IMG/VR virus record: IMGVR_UViG_3300025635_000061
Span: 1 to 39,321 of that record
Reading direction: 5' to 3' (one strand)
DNA: 39,321 nt
Origin: a virus
Lineage: Duplodnaviria; Caudoviricetes
Within the stretch, counting starts at the first letter, position 1, and each line of letters starts with the position of its first letter. A program made the position numbers and the translations under genes. Below the pieces are notes generated by a model that made no database searches, was not told the DNA's origin, and saw only the letters and a list, made by a program, of their open reading frames with translations. Shown in pieces: positions 38,764 to 39,321 of the stretch.

Positions 38764-39321
38764 ATGGCATTTAGAAATCCACAGTCTGTTCAACTTTCAG
38801 CTGGCGTAAGCGTATCAGAAGTTGACCTGACTACTGTTATACCGTCTACAAGTACCTCTATTGGTGCTTTTGCCGGTCCGTTTTCTTGGGGTCCAGTCAA
38901 TGAAGTGATTACTATTTCTGATGAAAATCGTCTTGCTGATCGTTTTGGTACACCAACGTCTAGCAACTATGAATACTGGTTCTCTGCAGCAAACTTTTTA
39001 GCATACTCAAACTCACTACGTATTGTTCGTGCCGCAAACACAACATCAACACTTAACGCTACTGCAAATGGCGCAGGTATACTTATTGAGAACAACACAG
39101 ACTATGAATTAAATCATAGCACAGCAAATACACAAAACGGTCCATTTACTGCAAAATGGGCAGGAGATATTGGAAATTCATTAAAGATTTCTATCTGTCC
39201 TACAACTGCTGCGTTTGCATCTAATCTAACTTCAACATCAGCAGTAACATGTAATGCTACATCTGCTGGTGCAACAACAATTAACGTAACTGGTTCAGCA
39301 ACAGCTAATCTAGTAGTAGGA
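38764..39321 (+). CDS. g18: Tail sheath protein gp18 (3'-truncated; absent from the ORF track)
   Basis: Manual translation: MAFRNPQSVQLSAGVSVSEVDLTTVIP...GAFAGPFSWGPVNE...FGTP...WFSAANFLAYSNSLRIVRA, open to the window end. Confidence 0.95.
   Translation, partial: MAFRNPQSVQLSAGVSVSEVDLTTVIPSTSTSIGAFAGPFSWGPVNEVITISDENRLADRFGTPTSSNYEYWFSAANFLAYSNSLRIVRAANTTSTLNATANGAGILIENNTDYELNHSTANTQNGPFTAKWAGDIGNSLKISICPTTAAFASNLTSTSAVTCNATSAGATTINVTGSATANLVVG

Noticed and set aside
1-39321. Stop-codon reassignment (no called gene ends in TAG)
   Set aside because: Core genes are full length under the standard code with no internal TAG or TGA. TAA bias is expected in AT-rich DNA.

Overview
A 39.3-kb, AT-rich, entirely + strand late-gene segment of a large T4-like myovirus (cyanophage/pelagiphage-type gene set; the host cannot be determined from this window). 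The right end holds the conserved T4 core block g13-g14-g15-g16-[inserted Dps/mini-ferritin]-g17-g18 (partial). The left ~33.6 kb is a dense, translationally coupled array of about 25 fibre, adhesin and adaptor genes built from a small set of reused modules: Ala/Asn heptad stalks, GTxAQRP joints, polyglycine-rich tips, LamG lectin, Ig-like, fibrinogen-like and beta-helix domains, and 110-aa YTxP caps. The main observations are: (i) an apparent N-x-S/T sequon excess in virion proteins but not in terminase, suggesting virion N-glycosylation; (ii) a ~130-heptad xANxAxx stalk; (iii) repeated multi-gene fibre cassettes and five genes sharing one N-terminal anchor with different tips; (iv) a late-promoter motif TAAATA(GACGA), one copy lying inside a 12-bp hairpin that occludes a Shine-Dalgarno; (v) Dps between the terminase genes. 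All domain calls are by visual motif recognition, not database search, and all counts are manual.
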